Source: Planctomycetota bacterium (GTDB taxonomy: Bacteria > Planctomycetota > PLA2 > JAEUHO01). From it: 64,000 nucleotides of DNA. The stretch lies in the NCBI GenBank assembly GCA_046350655.1, contig JAXMAB010000013.1, forward strand, positions 54,785 through 118,784. Direction: 5' to 3'. This document shows positions 33,043 to 45,258 of the stretch, piece after piece. Every line of letters begins with the position of its first letter. Within the stretch, counting starts at the first letter, position 1. The notes beneath the pieces are model-generated. The model made no database searches. It was not told the DNA's origin and saw nothing but the letters and a program-made list of their open reading frames with translations. A program made the translations under genes and the position numbers.

Positions 33043-35034
33043 ATGAACAACAACCCGTTCCTGGCGGTGGTCAAGATCCTGTTCACGGCGGTCCTGGCCG
33101 TGGCGGTCTTCCTGGCCTTCTGGCAGAAGACGCACGTCGAGGACCAGCTCGCCCGCCTCCAGGCGACCAGCGACGACAACGCCAGCGCGCTGAAGGACCT
33201 CCGCCGCGACCTCAACAAGCTCGCCGTGGCCCCGCCCGGCCCCGCCACAGGGCCGGCGCCGAAGCGCGAGTGGGGCTGGGAGCTCAACGCCTCGCTGGAC
33301 GCCGCCGCGGACCCGTCGAAGCCGGTGGGCACGGCCGGCCGCTACAAGAACTTCCTCTCGCTGGACCCGGACCCGGAGTACCCCGCGGACGCGAAGCCGG
33401 GCGGCGTGGTCTCGGTCCCGTACGGCGAGGACCCGAAGGGGTTCAACTTCATCGTCGAGAACGCGGCGGAGCTCACCGAGCAGCTCGAGCAGTACGTCAC
33501 CGACTCGCCGGCGTCGTCGCACTGGGCGAACCCGTACAAGTTCGCGCCCGCGCTCTGCTGGCGCATCGAGGTGAGCCCGGACTTCCGCGAGTACACGCTG
33601 TTCTTCCGGCGGGACGTCCTCTGGCACGAGCCCCCGGTGGACCTGAAGGCCTACCCGCACCTGAAGGGCGAGCACCGCGTGACCGCGCGGGACTACAAGT
33701 TCACGCTCGACATCATCAACAACCCGCAGACCGACTGCGCGCCTCTCCGTGGCTACTACACGGAGATGGAGGACTCGCGCCTGATCGACGACTGGACCGT
33801 GGTCGTCCGCTGGAAGGAGACGGTCTGGCACTCGATCGACTTCACCATCGGTCGCGCGCCCATGCCGGAGTTCATCTTCGGCTACTCGGAGAGCGGCAAG
33901 CGGCTCCCGCCGGAGACCATCGGCCAGCAGTTCAACGAGCACTGGTTCAACCAGAAGGGCGTCTGCGGCTGCGGCCCGTACCGGATGGTGTCGTACGACG
34001 TCGGCAAGTGGATCACGCTCGAGCGCTTCGAGGACTACTACCGCGCGGCGGAGGGCGTGCGCTACCCGATCGACGGCCGGCGCATGCTCATCTACAAGGA
34101 CCCGGAGACGGCGTTCCTGAAGCTGCAGGCCGGTGAGCTGTCGCTGACGGGCCTCACGTCGGCCCAGTACAAGAAGGCCTTCGTCTCGCAGACGCCGCCC
34201 GCGGCCTTCGCCGAGAAGCGGCTGCTGGGCTACAAGTACCCGCGGTCGTCGTACTACTACTTCGGGTGGAAGAACACGCACCCCCTCTTCCGCGACCCGA
34301 ACGTCCGCCGCGCCCTGGCGCTGGCGTGCAACCGGTTCGACATCGCGAGCAAGATCTTCATCGGCCGCATCGTGCCGATGGCGGGGCCCGTGTTCCCCGG
34401 CAGCCCCCAGGCCGACCCGGAGATGAAGCCCCTGCCGTTCGACATGAAGCAGGCGGAGACCCTCCTCGACGAGGCCGGCTGGAAGAAGAACGCGTCGACC
34501 GGCATCCGCGAGAAGACCGTGGACGGCGAACTGCGGAAGTTCGAGTTCAAGATCCTCTGGTCGGCGCCGAGCCCGGACGTCGAGGCCGCGATCAACCAGT
34601 ACAAGAACGACCTCCTGTCGATCGGGATCGTGATGGAGTCGGACCCCGTCGAGTGGACGCTGTGGCAGAAGCGCGCGGCCAACCGGCAGTTCGAGGCCGT
34701 GTTCGGCGGCTGGTCCACCAGCGGCTGGGACCACGACTTCGACCAGATCTGGCACAGCCGGCAGATCGCGCAGCCGAACGGGTCGAACTACATCGAGTTC
34801 TCGGACCCCGAGGTCGATCGCCTCTCCGACGACCTGCGCCGCGAGATGGACCCCGAGAAGCGCATCGAGAAGGTGCGCAAGATCGGCCGCATCCTGTTCG
34901 AGGCGCAGCCGACCTGCTTCATCGGGTGGGCGACCGTGTTCGGCGCCCACGACAAGGACCTGCAGAACGTGACCGGGCACCTGTTCAAGACCCGCCCGAA
35001 CCTCCGCACGTTCCCCATGTGGTTCGCCCGGTAG
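33043..35034 (+). CDS. Peptide/nickel ABC transporter substrate-binding protein (family 5), N-terminal membrane anchor
   Basis: VTARDYKFT, GCGPYRMVSYD, FRDPNVRRALALA, GSNYIEFSDPEVDRL. Confidence 0.9.
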   Translation: MNNNPFLAVVKILFTAVLAVAVFLAFWQKTHVEDQLARLQATSDDNASALKDLRRDLNKLAVAPPGPATGPAPKREWGWELNASLDAAADPSKPVGTAGRYKNFLSLDPDPEYPADAKPGGVVSVPYGEDPKGFNFIVENAAELTEQLEQYVTDSPASSHWANPYKFAPALCWRIEVSPDFREYTLFFRRDVLWHEPPVDLKAYPHLKGEHRVTARDYKFTLDIINNPQTDCAPLRGYYTEMEDSRLIDDWTVVVRWKETVWHSIDFTIGRAPMPEFIFGYSESGKRLPPETIGQQFNEHWFNQKGVCGCGPYRMVSYDVGKWITLERFEDYYRAAEGVRYPIDGRRMLIYKDPETAFLKLQAGELSLTGLTSAQYKKAFVSQTPPAAFAEKRLLGYKYPRSSYYYFGWKNTHPLFRDPNVRRALALACNRFDIASKIFIGRIVPMAGPVFPGSPQADPEMKPLPFDMKQAETLLDEAGWKKNASTGIREKTVDGELRKFEFKILWSAPSPDVEAAINQYKNDLLSIGIVMESDPVEWTLWQKRAANRQFEAVFGGWSTSGWDHDFDQIWHSRQIAQPNGSNYIEFSDPEVDRLSDDLRREMDPEKRIEKVRKIGRILFEAQPTCFIGWATVFGAHDKDLQNVTGHLFKTRPNLRTFPMWFAR

Positions 35035-35046
35035 GCCCGGGGGCCC

Positions 35047-36489
35047 GTGTTCACCTACGTCGTCAAGCGCGTGCTCCTGATGATCCCGACCCTGTTCGGG
35101 ATCTCGCTCGTCATCTGGCTGGTCATGACCGCGGCGCCGGGGCGCCCCGGCCGTGACTCGAAGGGCATGGGCGACGACGTCAAGGCCGAGCAGGACCCCG
35201 CCAAGCGGAAGGAGCAGAACGAGTCGCAGCGTCTGTTCCGCCGCCAGTACGGCCTCGACCGCCCGCTGCTCTTCAACACCTGGCCGTGGCTCTCGAAGGA
35301 CGACCTGCGCCCGATGGTGCGGACCGCCCAGGCGCCGATCGAGGAGGTCGGCATCGAGGCGAAGCGCACGGCGATGGAGCAGCTCGAGGACTACGGGCAC
35401 TACGCCGTCCCGCCGCTCGTCGAGCTGCTCGGCGCGACCGAGGGCGCGGAGCAGGACGCGATCCTGGCGTGGCTCCGGTTCTCGGCCACGCAGAACACGA
35501 CGATCGGCGACGACGCCGCGACGACGGCGGCGAACCAGCGGATCATCCGCGAGAACGAAGAGGTCAAGGCCCTGATGTGGCCGGAGGGCGCGCCGGCCTC
35601 CGCGCGCGCACCGGTCGTCGCGGGCTGGCAGGCCTGGTTCCGCGAGCGCGCCGAGCGGTGGGACTGGTCGTTCGCCGAGAAGGTGCGGCTGCTGCTCACG
35701 GACACCCAGTTCGGCACCTACTGGGCGCGGCTCCTGCGCCTCGACCTCGGGAAGAGCCACCGGTACAAGCGGCCGGTCCTCGACCTGGTGCTCGAGCGGC
35801 TCCCGCTGACCGCGAGCCTCGCCTTCGTCTCGATCCTGCTCGTGTACCTGCTCGCGATCCCGCTCGGCATCTGGTCGGCCGTGAAGCCGTACACGTTCGC
35901 CGACCGGACGATCTCGATCAGCCTGTTCCTGCTCTACTCGCTCCCGTCGTTCTTCATCGGGACGGTGCTGCTCCGCGCGTTCACGATCGGCGACCCGATG
36001 CGGTGGTTCCCGACCGGCGACATCGCCTCCACGCAGGCGCCGCAGTGGAACTCGTGGGAGCGCCTGAAGGACGTGCTCTGGCACGTCACGCTGCCGCTCG
36101 TGACGATGACCTACGCCGGCCTGGCCGGTCTCTCTCGGTTCGCGCGGACGGGCATGCTCGACGTCATCCGGTCCGACTTCGTCCGGACCGCCCGGGCCAA
36201 GGGCCTCGGCGAGACCGAGGTGATCCTGCGCCACGCCGCCCGGAACGGCATGATGCCGATGGTGACGCTGCTCGCGGGCCTGCTGCCGAGCCTCGTCGGC
36301 GGGTCGGTCGTCGTCGAGTTCATGTTCAACCTCAACGGCATGGGCCTCCTGACCCTCGAGGCGATCAACAACCGCGACTACAACATCGTCGTCGGCGAGT
36401 CGCTGATCGTCGCCGTCCTCACGCAGGTCGGCATCCTCGCCTCGGACATCCTGTACGCCGTGATGGACCCGCGGGTGTCCTACAAGTGA
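35047..36489 (+). CDS. Peptide ABC permease (OppB/DppB-like) with large extracytoplasmic insert
   Basis: MFTYVVKRVLLMIPTL; DLGKSHRYKRPV; EAA loop DFVRTARAKGL. Confidence 0.92.
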   Translation: MFTYVVKRVLLMIPTLFGISLVIWLVMTAAPGRPGRDSKGMGDDVKAEQDPAKRKEQNESQRLFRRQYGLDRPLLFNTWPWLSKDDLRPMVRTAQAPIEEVGIEAKRTAMEQLEDYGHYAVPPLVELLGATEGAEQDAILAWLRFSATQNTTIGDDAATTAANQRIIRENEEVKALMWPEGAPASARAPVVAGWQAWFRERAERWDWSFAEKVRLLLTDTQFGTYWARLLRLDLGKSHRYKRPVLDLVLERLPLTASLAFVSILLVYLLAIPLGIWSAVKPYTFADRTISISLFLLYSLPSFFIGTVLLRAFTIGDPMRWFPTGDIASTQAPQWNSWERLKDVLWHVTLPLVTMTYAGLAGLSRFARTGMLDVIRSDFVRTARAKGLGETEVILRHAARNGMMPMVTLLAGLLPSLVGGSVVVEFMFNLNGMGLLTLEAINNRDYNIVVGESLIVAVLTQVGILASDILYAVMDPRVSYK

Positions 36490-37838
36490 GCGACTCCAAC
36501 GCCTCCGTGACGTCGGGCTCGACGGCCGTCTCGTACTGGACCGTCGTCTGGCAGCAGCTGCGCCGCAACCGCGTGTCCATGGTCGCCCTGCGGGCGGTGC
36601 TGGGGCTCTTCGCGGTCGCGGTGGTCGCGCCGCTCCTGGCCTTCAACGTCCCGCTGCTGTGGGTGGACGGCCTGCCGCGCTTCCCGGTGATCGAGCGCCT
36701 GTTCGACCGCTCGGTGTTCCCGTCGGGCGTCGACGTCTTCTTCAACCTGCTGATGGTCGTCCTGCCCCCGATGCTGCTGGTCCTGCCCGCGACGCGCCCC
36801 GGCGGCGGGGCCCGCGTGACGTGGGCGCGCGTCGCCCTCGCGGTCTGGGCTCTCGTGTTCGCGCTCGCGGTCGTCCACTCGCGCCGGTCGTTGTGGATCG
36901 CCCTCGCCGTCGCGCTCGTCGTCGCGGGGCTCCGCCTCGCGTCGCGCCGCGGCCGGCTGCCGAGGACCGCGGCGCGGTGGGGCGGCTTCGCGGCGTTCGT
37001 CGCCGGGGTCGTGCTGCTGGCCGGGCCCGCCGCGGACCGCTGGCCCTGGACCGACTGGGCCGCGATCGCGCGCACGGACCACGTCGCCGCGGTGTTCCCG
37101 CCGATCCCGTTCCACCCGGACAACATCGGCTCGTCGGGCGTCCTGAGCGACGAGTCCATCGCCCGCGAGGAGCACCACTGGATGGGCGTGGACGCCAACC
37201 AGCGCGACGTCCTCGCCCGGCTCCTGTTCGGGTCGCGGATCTCGCTGACGATCGGCATCGTCGCCGTCTCGATCAACGTCCTGATCGGCATCCTGCTCGG
37301 CGCGCTGGCCGGGTACTACGGCCGGAAGGTCGACCTGATCATCTCCCGGTTCATCGAGGTGATGATCTGCTTCCCGACGTTCTTCCTGATCCTGACGATC
37401 ATCGCGGTCTTCGACAGCCGCAGCATCTTCCTGATCATGGGCGCGCTGGGCATCGTCGGGTGGCCGGGCGTCGCGCGGCTCGTCCGCGGCGAGTTCATCC
37501 GGCAGCGCAACCTCGACTACGTCACCGCCGCCAAGGCCCTCGGGCTGCGCGAGCGCCGGATCATCTTCCGGCACGTCCTCCCGAACTGCCTCGGGCCGGT
37601 CCTCGTGTCGGCCACGTTCGGCGTCGCGGGCTCGATCCTCACCGAGAGCGGCATCGCGTTCCTCGGGCTCGGCGACGTGAAGGCGCCGTCCTGGGGGCAG
37701 ATGCTGTCGAACGGCCGGGCGTCGCAGGAGTGGCACCTGATCCTGGCGCCGGGCTTCGCGATCTTCTTCGTCGTGACGGTCTTCAACCTGCTGGGCGAGG
37801 GGCTCCGGGACGCCCTCGACCCCAAGCTGCGGAGGTGA
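36486..37838 (+). CDS. Peptide ABC permease (OppC/DppC-like) with extra TM segments
   Basis: [24 protein letters not shown]; [10 protein letters not shown]; IIFRHVLPN; [11 protein letters not shown]. Confidence 0.92.
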   Translation: MSDSNASVTSGSTAVSYWTVVWQQLRRNRVSMVALRAVLGLFAVAVVAPLLAFNVPLLWVDGLPRFPVIERLFDRSVFPSGVDVFFNLLMVVLPPMLLVLPATRPGGGARVTWARVALAVWALVFALAVVHSRRSLWIALAVALVVAGLRLASRRGRLPRTAARWGGFAAFVAGVVLLAGPAADRWPWTDWAAIARTDHVAAVFPPIPFHPDNIGSSGVLSDESIAREEHHWMGVDANQRDVLARLLFGSRISLTIGIVAVSINVLIGILLGALAGYYGRKVDLIISRFIEVMICFPTFFLILTIIAVFDSRSIFLIMGALGIVGWPGVARLVRGEFIRQRNLDYVTAAKALGLRERRIIFRHVLPNCLGPVLVSATFGVAGSILTESGIAFLGLGDVKAPSWGQMLSNGRASQEWHLILAPGFAIFFVVTVFNLLGEGLRDALDPKLRR

Positions 37839-37842
37839 CGGC

Positions 37843-38870
<1,028 letters not shown>

Positions 38871-38874
<4 letters not shown>

Positions 38875-39899
38875 GCCGCACCTTCGACCGCCTCCTCGAC
38901 GTCCGGGCGCTGCGCAAGTGGTTCCCCGTCACGAAGGGCCTCTTCTCGCGCGTCGTCGGCCACGTCAAGGCCGTGGACGACATCGACCTCGTCATCGGCC
39001 GCGGCGAGACCCTCGGCCTCGTCGGCGAGTCCGGCTGCGGCAAGACCACCGCCGGCCGCGCGCTCCTGCGCCTCATCGAGCCGACGTCGGGCACCGTCTC
39101 GTTCGACGGCACCGACGTCCTCGCCGCCGACGGCGAGGAGCTGCGCGCGCTCCGGCGCCGCATGCAGATCATCTTCCAGGACCCGTACTCGTCGCTCAAC
39201 CCGCGCATGACGGTGCTCGACATCGTCGGCGAGGCGCTGCGCGTGCACGGGCTCGCGAAGGGCCCCGCGGTCGAGGAGCGCGTGAAGGACCTCATGCAGC
39301 AGGTGGGCCTGCTGCCGCGCTACATCAACCGCTACCCGCACGAGTTCTCCGGCGGCCAGCGCCAGCGCATCGGCATCGCCCGCGCCCTCGCGCTCGAGCC
39401 CGACTTCATCGTCTGCGACGAGGCCATCAGCGCGCTCGACGTCTCCATCCAGGCCCAGGTGATCAACCTCCTGCGCGACCTGCAGGAGAAGCGCAACCTC
39501 GCCTACCTCTTCATCTCGCACGACCTCTCCGTCGTGGAGTTCCTCTCCGACCGCGTCGCCGTCATGTACCTCGGCCGCATCGTCGAGACGGGCCCGTCGG
39601 ACGTCCTCTTCAAGAACCCGATCCACCCGTACACGAAGGCGCTGCTCTCGGCCATCACGGTCCCCGACCCGACGCGCACCAAGAAGCGCATCCTGCTCCC
39701 GGGCGACCCGCCGAGCCCGCTGAACCCGCCCAAGGGCTGCCGGTTCCACCCGCGGTGCCCGCTGGCCGAGCTGCCGCTCTGCTCCGCGTCGGAGCCCGTC
39801 GCGGTCATGGCCGAGGACGGCCACATCGTGAACTGCCACGTCGAGCAGCGCCGCATGGGCCTCAAGCCCGTGGCCGACGCCGCGCCCGCCGCGACCTAG
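38871..39899 (+). CDS. Peptide ABC ATPase (OppF/DppF-like)
   Basis: [43 protein letters not shown]. Confidence 0.95.
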
Positions 39900-40201
39900 G
39901 CGGCGGCCTCGGGCGCGGTCGGGCTCGACGGTACGCGAGGCCCGGTCGCCGGCACGCGGGGCACCGTCGTCGGCAGGCAGGACCCGGTCGCGGGAACTCG
40001 AGGCGACCCGCCCGCGGGCACGCAGAACTCGGTCGCCGGTGCGGGGGCTTCGGGGGCCCACGGCGGCCACCGGGCCTCGTGTCCCCTCGAGGGCGACCGG
40101 GTCTCGCGGTCCCGCGCGGGGGATCGCCGCCGGCGCTCGACCCGGGCCCCGCCGCAGCCGATCCTCCGGAGCGGGGGCCGCGCCGCGGCCCGGGAGCCGC
40201 C

Positions 40202-41826
40202 GTGCCCGCACCGCAACCGACCGCGCCGACCGTCCCGGGCCCGGCGCGCGAGGCGGTCGCGCGCCCGGCCGCGCTCGTGGCGGTCGCGACCGCTTCGAGC
40301 CGCGTGGGGGGCTCGTCCGCGAGGCGCTGTTCGCCGCGTTGTTCGGCGCCACGAACCGCGCCGACGCGTTCCAGATCGCGTTCCGCATCCCCAACCTCCT
40401 GCGCGACCTCTTCGCGGAGGGCGCGCTCTCGAGCGCGTTCGTGCCGACGTTCACGAAGGTCGCCGCCGAGCGCGGCGAGGCCGCCGCGTGGCGGACGGCG
40501 CGCGTGGTGCTCGGGACGCTGCTCGCGGTGACGGGGCTCCTGGCGGTGCTCGGGATCGTGTTCGCGGCACCGGTCGTGGCGGTCGTGGCGGCCGACGCCG
40601 GCGCGGCGAAGCAGGCCGACGCGGTGCCGCTGACGCGGATCATGTTCCCGTTCCTGCCGTGCGTCGCCGCGGCCGCCGTGCTGATGGGGGTGCTCAACGC
40701 GCGCAAGCGGTACCTCGTGCCGGCGTACGCGCCGGTCGCGTTCAACCTCGTCGCGGTGGTCGGCGGGCTCGGGTTGCTCGCGTGGGGGCTGCCGGTCGAG
40801 CAGGCGCTCGTCGGGTGGGCGGCGCTCGTGCTCGTGGGCGGCCTCGCGCAGGCGCTCGTGCAGTGGCCCGCGGCGCGCCGAGAGGGGCTCCGCGGGCCGC
40901 TCGTCGTCGACCTCGCCTTCCGCGACCCGGACCTGCGGACGGTCGTCCGGAGGATGGGCCCGGTGGCCGTCGCGCTCGCCGGCACGCAGGTGATGATCGT
41001 CGTCTCGACGGCGCTCGCCTCGGGCGGCGAGGGCTGGGTCTCGGCGCTCACGTACGCGTTCCGCCTGATCCACCTGCCCATCGGGCTCGTCGGGGTCGCG
41101 CTGGGCACCGTGTCGCTCGCGGCGGCCTCGCGCCGCGCGGCCGCCGGCGACACGGCGGGCCTCGACGACGTCATCCGCCGGGCCCTGCGCCTCAACCTCG
41201 CCCTGGCGCTCCCGGCCGTCGCGGGCCTCGTCGCGCTCGCCGAGCCGATCGTCCGCGTGGTGTACGAGCGGGGCGCGTTCGGGCCCGCGAGCACGGCGCT
41301 CGTCACGGCCGCCGTCCGCGCGTACGCCCTCGGGATCGTCGCCTACGCCGGGCTCAAGTCGGCCGCGGCGTCGTTCCACGCGCGCGGGAACATGCGCGTG
41401 CCGATGGTCGCGTCCCTCGCCGGCATCGCGGCCAACCTGGTGCTCACGCTGGCGGGCCGCGACGCGCTCGGCTTCCACGTCTTCCCGCTCGCGACCGCGC
41501 TCGGGGCCACCGTGAACTACGCGTGGCTGCGCGTCGCCGACCGCCGCCGCAGCCGCGCCGCCGCGCCGGGCCTCGCGTTCCTCGCCCGGGTCGGCCTCGC
41601 GTCGGCGGCGCTCGGCGGGGCCGCGTGGGCGGCCGGCGCCACGCTGCTCGGGCGGGGCGGGCCCCTCGATCGGGGCCTGTTCGTCATGGCGGTGTCACTG
41701 GGCGTGGTGGTCGTGGCGGGCGCGGTCCTGTACGCGGTGCTGGCGATCGCCCTCCGGATCGAGGAAGCCTCGGGTATCGTCCATGCTGTGCGTCGTCGGC
41801 GTCCCCCCGGGGCGGCGTCGGCCTAG
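40202..41826 (+). CDS. murJ: Lipid II flippase MurJ (MviN); -1 frameshift at G6 40306-40311
   Basis: GTG with GGAG. ALVAVATASSRV joins GGLVREALF...ADAFQIAFRIPNLLRDLFAEGALSSAFVP when one G is restored (about 541 aa). Confidence 0.9.
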
Positions 41827-41869
41827 GACCTGACCCGCCGCGGACCGACGGAGGCGCAGCGACCCGACG

Positions 41870-44695
41870 ATGGAGCGATCCCCTCGCCTCGTCGTCCCCG
41901 GCCCGCGGTCCGGGCCTCCGCCCCGTCGACGGCGGACCGGCCTCGGCCTCGCCGTCGCGCTGGGCCTCGCGTGGCTGCCCGCCGTGCTCCCGTGCGTGCG
42001 CCTCCCGTCGGCGCTCGCCGAGGACGCCCCGGCCGGCACCGGCGCGCGCCCCGCCGCGCCGCCGGCCGCCGCGCCCGCTCCCCGCGGCGGGCCCGACGAC
42101 GACGAGCCGCCGTCGCGTCCGCAGCCGCCGGCCGTGGACCCCGCGTTGACCGACCCGTCGCTGCGCGACGACGCCGACCCGACGGCGCCCGCCGTCCCCG
42201 ACCCGCGCCGCCCGATCGAGGGCCTCCACCCGTTCGGCCCCGAGCAGCGCATGCACCTCGACACCGACGACGTCGTGGGCCGCATGAAGGTCTACGAGGG
42301 CGAGGACGGGAAGTCGCAGGTCTACGTCTTCGCGGGCAACCCGCACCTCTACGGCGGCGACTACTCCGTGAAGGCGCGGACGCTGGTCCTCTGGTTCGAC
42401 AAGGAGGCGGCGTCGGACTTCGCCGGCTTCTTCGGCGGCATCGACGCGGGCAGCCTCGGCGGCCCGTCGAAGGCCCCGTCGGGCGGCGGTCGGGGGACCG
42501 GGGACGCGAGGCCCGGCGGCCCGCCGGGGAAGGACCCCGCGGCCGGCGCCGCCCCGAAGGACGTCGCCGGCCCGCCGGGCGGGAGCACGGGCGCGAAGAA
42601 GGACGGCAAGGGCGGCACGGCGTCCGGCGACGGGGCCGGCCGGCGTCGCGACGTGATCCCGCCGTCGATCCTCGCGATCTACGCGGAGGGCGCCGTGGAG
42701 TTCCAGGCCGGGCTGCACGCGTTCCGCGCCATGCAGCTCGTGTTCGAGCCGAAGACCGGCCACATGCTCGTCGTCGAGGCGCGGTACGACGGCGCGATCG
42801 AGGCCGGCACGGGCACCGAGGCGCGGCTCGTCCCGATCTTCGTGCGCGCGGAGCGCGCGCGCGGGCTGGCGCAGGGCTTCGTCACGTTCGACCGCGCGGA
42901 GGTCAGCACGAGCCGCGCGAACGACCGCATCGCGCTGCGGGTGGACACGCTGACCATCGAGGAGTACGGGCAGGCGGTCGCGGACGAGCCGGTGGTGCTC
43001 GGCTTCGCGCGGCCCGGCACGCAGCGGTTCGACGCGCGAGGGATCCAGGTGCGCGCGGAGCGCGTGCCGCTGCTCTACGTCCCGCGCGCGACGTTCGGGG
43101 GCAGCGAGGGCTTCCAGGAGCTCCCCGCACGGATCCGCCGCGCGTCGCTCGGCAGCCGCTCGTCGCTCGGCCGGTACGGCTTCGTGGGGTTCGGCGGCGA
43201 GGAGGGGCCCGACCGCTGGCTCGACTGGACCGTGGACGTCGGCGGGTACACCAAGCGCGGCCCCGCGGTCGGGACGGACCTGATCTGGAACCGCGACCGC
43301 GTGAAGGGCCGCCTGCAGACGTTCTCGATGTACGACGCGACGGGCGAGGACCGCAACGGGTACGACGCGGGCGCGGGGTTCCGCGGGATGGCGTGGTTCG
43401 AGAACCGCTTCGACCCCACGCCGTCGTGGCGGTTCGACACGGAGGCGAACGTCTTCACCGACCGCGGCGTCCACCGCGAGTACTTCGAGTCCGACTCGCG
43501 GACCCACAAGGACCGCGAGACGTACGGCCGCGTGCGCTGGAAGGAGGGCGGCGCGTCCGCCACCGCGACGGCGGGCGTCCACGCGCGCAACTGGATGACG
43601 GAGTCGTACGGGCAGCCCGAGGTCGCGTTGTGGAACGAGTCGGTGCCGCTCCCGTCGCCGCCCGGCGGGCCGTCGTTCGACCTCTCGAGCGAGGTCCGCA
43701 CCGGGGCGATGATCCGCCGCTTCGACCAGGCCGTCGACGAGGACGGCTACGAGGCCTGGCGTACCGACGTCACCGAGCGCGTGTACGCGCCGTTCGACCT
43801 GGGCGACGTGCGCGTCTCGCCGTTCGTCGGCGGGCACTGGACCCTGTACGAGGACCGCGACGACGGCGGCGACGACCTCGACCGCGGGGCCCTCGAGGCC
43901 GGCGTGCGGGCCAACGTCCAGTTCTGGAAGGACTTCGGCGGGTGGGGCGGGCCGTGGAGCCTCGACGGCCTGCGGCACGTCGTCGACGTCGACGTCGGCG
44001 CGTTCGGCCGCTACCTCGACGACACCGACCCGGACGACGCGCCGTTCTTCGACCGCATCGACGGCGAGCAGGACCGGACCGAGGTCTTCGCGGAGGTCCG
44101 CAGCCGCGTGCTGACGCGGCGGCCCGTCGTCCGGCCGACGGGCCGCGTCCGCGAGGACGTCACGCTCTTCGACGCGCGCCTGCGGGTCTCGTACTGGCCC
44201 GACGGGGTCGGCCCGTACGGCCGGACCGGGCCCGGCGAGGCGGAGGGGTGGTTCTCGGCCGAGATCGCGCCGAGGACGGCGTGGATCGAGGGGTCGTTCC
44301 TGACCGACTTCGACGGGCCGGACCTGCGGCGCGCCTCGATCGGCGTCCAGTGGAACCCGAACGACCGGTTCGGGCTCGCGGCGGGGCTGCGCAACGTGAA
44401 GGATGCGCTGTTCGGCCCGTGGGTGGACGTCTACTGGCAGTGGAACGAGAAGTGGGGGGCGCGCCTGTCCGCCGTCGAGGACTTCGAGCGGCGGGGCGAC
44501 GGGGGCGTCCGCATCACCCTGATGCGGTTCAGCCCGGACCACCTGATCGAGGCGGGGCCCATCCTGCGCGACCACGGGCGGGACGTCGGCTTCTACTTCA
44601 ACGTCTCGCCCTCCATCGGCGGGCGGCCCGTCCGCGAGCCGTTCCAGCCGCGCGAGATCTTCGCGCTCGAGGCGCCGTCCACGGATTCGCGGTAG
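41870..44695 (+). CDS. LptD-like outer-membrane beta-barrel (LPS assembly)
   Basis: Signal region; N-terminal beta-taco-like part (RAERVPLLYVP); barrel strands (SSLGRYG, YTKRGPAVG, FTDRGVHREYFE); Asp/aromatic-rich C-terminus. Confidence 0.7.
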   Translation: MERSPRLVVPGPRSGPPPRRRRTGLGLAVALGLAWLPAVLPCVRLPSALAEDAPAGTGARPAAPPAAAPAPRGGPDDDEPPSRPQPPAVDPALTDPSLRDDADPTAPAVPDPRRPIEGLHPFGPEQRMHLDTDDVVGRMKVYEGEDGKSQVYVFAGNPHLYGGDYSVKARTLVLWFDKEAASDFAGFFGGIDAGSLGGPSKAPSGGGRGTGDARPGGPPGKDPAAGAAPKDVAGPPGGSTGAKKDGKGGTASGDGAGRRRDVIPPSILAIYAEGAVEFQAGLHAFRAMQLVFEPKTGHMLVVEARYDGAIEAGTGTEARLVPIFVRAERARGLAQGFVTFDRAEVSTSRANDRIALRVDTLTIEEYGQAVADEPVVLGFARPGTQRFDARGIQVRAERVPLLYVPRATFGGSEGFQELPARIRRASLGSRSSLGRYGFVGFGGEEGPDRWLDWTVDVGGYTKRGPAVGTDLIWNRDRVKGRLQTFSMYDATGEDRNGYDAGAGFRGMAWFENRFDPTPSWRFDTEANVFTDRGVHREYFESDSRTHKDRETYGRVRWKEGGASATATAGVHARNWMTESYGQPEVALWNESVPLPSPPGGPSFDLSSEVRTGAMIRRFDQAVDEDGYEAWRTDVTERVYAPFDLGDVRVSPFVGGHWTLYEDRDDGGDDLDRGALEAGVRANVQFWKDFGGWGGPWSLDGLRHVVDVDVGAFGRYLDDTDPDDAPFFDRIDGEQDRTEVFAEVRSRVLTRRPVVRPTGRVREDVTLFDARLRVSYWPDGVGPYGRTGPGEAEGWFSAEIAPRTAWIEGSFLTDFDGPDLRRASIGVQWNPNDRFGLAAGLRNVKDALFGPWVDVYWQWNEKWGARLSAVEDFERRGDGGVRITLMRFSPDHLIEAGPILRDHGRDVGFYFNVSPSIGGRPVREPFQPREIFALEAPSTDSR

Positions 44696-44707
44696 ATTCG
44701 GGGGCCC

Positions 44708-45199
44708 ATGACGGACCGCGTCGCGCTCTTCCCCGGCACGTTCGACCCCGTCACGCGGGGGCACGTCGACGTCGTCCGCCGGGGCGCCGCCCTGTTCGAC
44801 CGGCTCGTCGTCGCGGTGGCCGCCGGCGGCAAGTCCACGTGGTTCCCGGTGGAGGAGCGCGTGGCCCTCGTCCGGACGGCCGTCGGCGACGTGCGCAACG
44901 TCGAGGTCGTGCCGTTCGACGGGCTGCTCGTCGAGTTCGCCCGCCGGCACGGCGCCCGGGCGCTGCTCCGCGGCGTCCGGACCTACCAGGACTGGGAGTA
45001 CGAGCTGCGGATGCTGCAGATGAACCGGCACCTCGCGCCGGAGCTCGAGACGGTCTTCCTCGCGCCGGCCGTGGAGTGGGCGTTCGTGTCGTCCACCCTC
45101 GTGCGCGAGGTGTCCGCGCTGGGCGGCGACCTGACCGACCTCGTCCCGCCGGCGGTCGCGGCGGCGCTCGCCCGGCGACGGCCGGCCGGGGCGCGGTAG
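44708..45199 (+). CDS. coaD: Pantetheine-phosphate adenylyltransferase
   Basis: FPGTFDPVTRGH, FPVEERV, FDGLLV, RGVR, ETVFL, FVSSTLVREV. Confidence 0.96.
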   Translation: MTDRVALFPGTFDPVTRGHVDVVRRGAALFDRLVVAVAAGGKSTWFPVEERVALVRTAVGDVRNVEVVPFDGLLVEFARRHGARALLRGVRTYQDWEYELRMLQMNRHLAPELETVFLAPAVEWAFVSSTLVREVSALGGDLTDLVPPAVAAALARRRPAGAR

Positions 45200-45258
45200 G
45201 ATCCGTGGAGGTCTTGGCAACGCCGGGGGCCGCGGCGCCCGGCGGGGAGACGACGACG

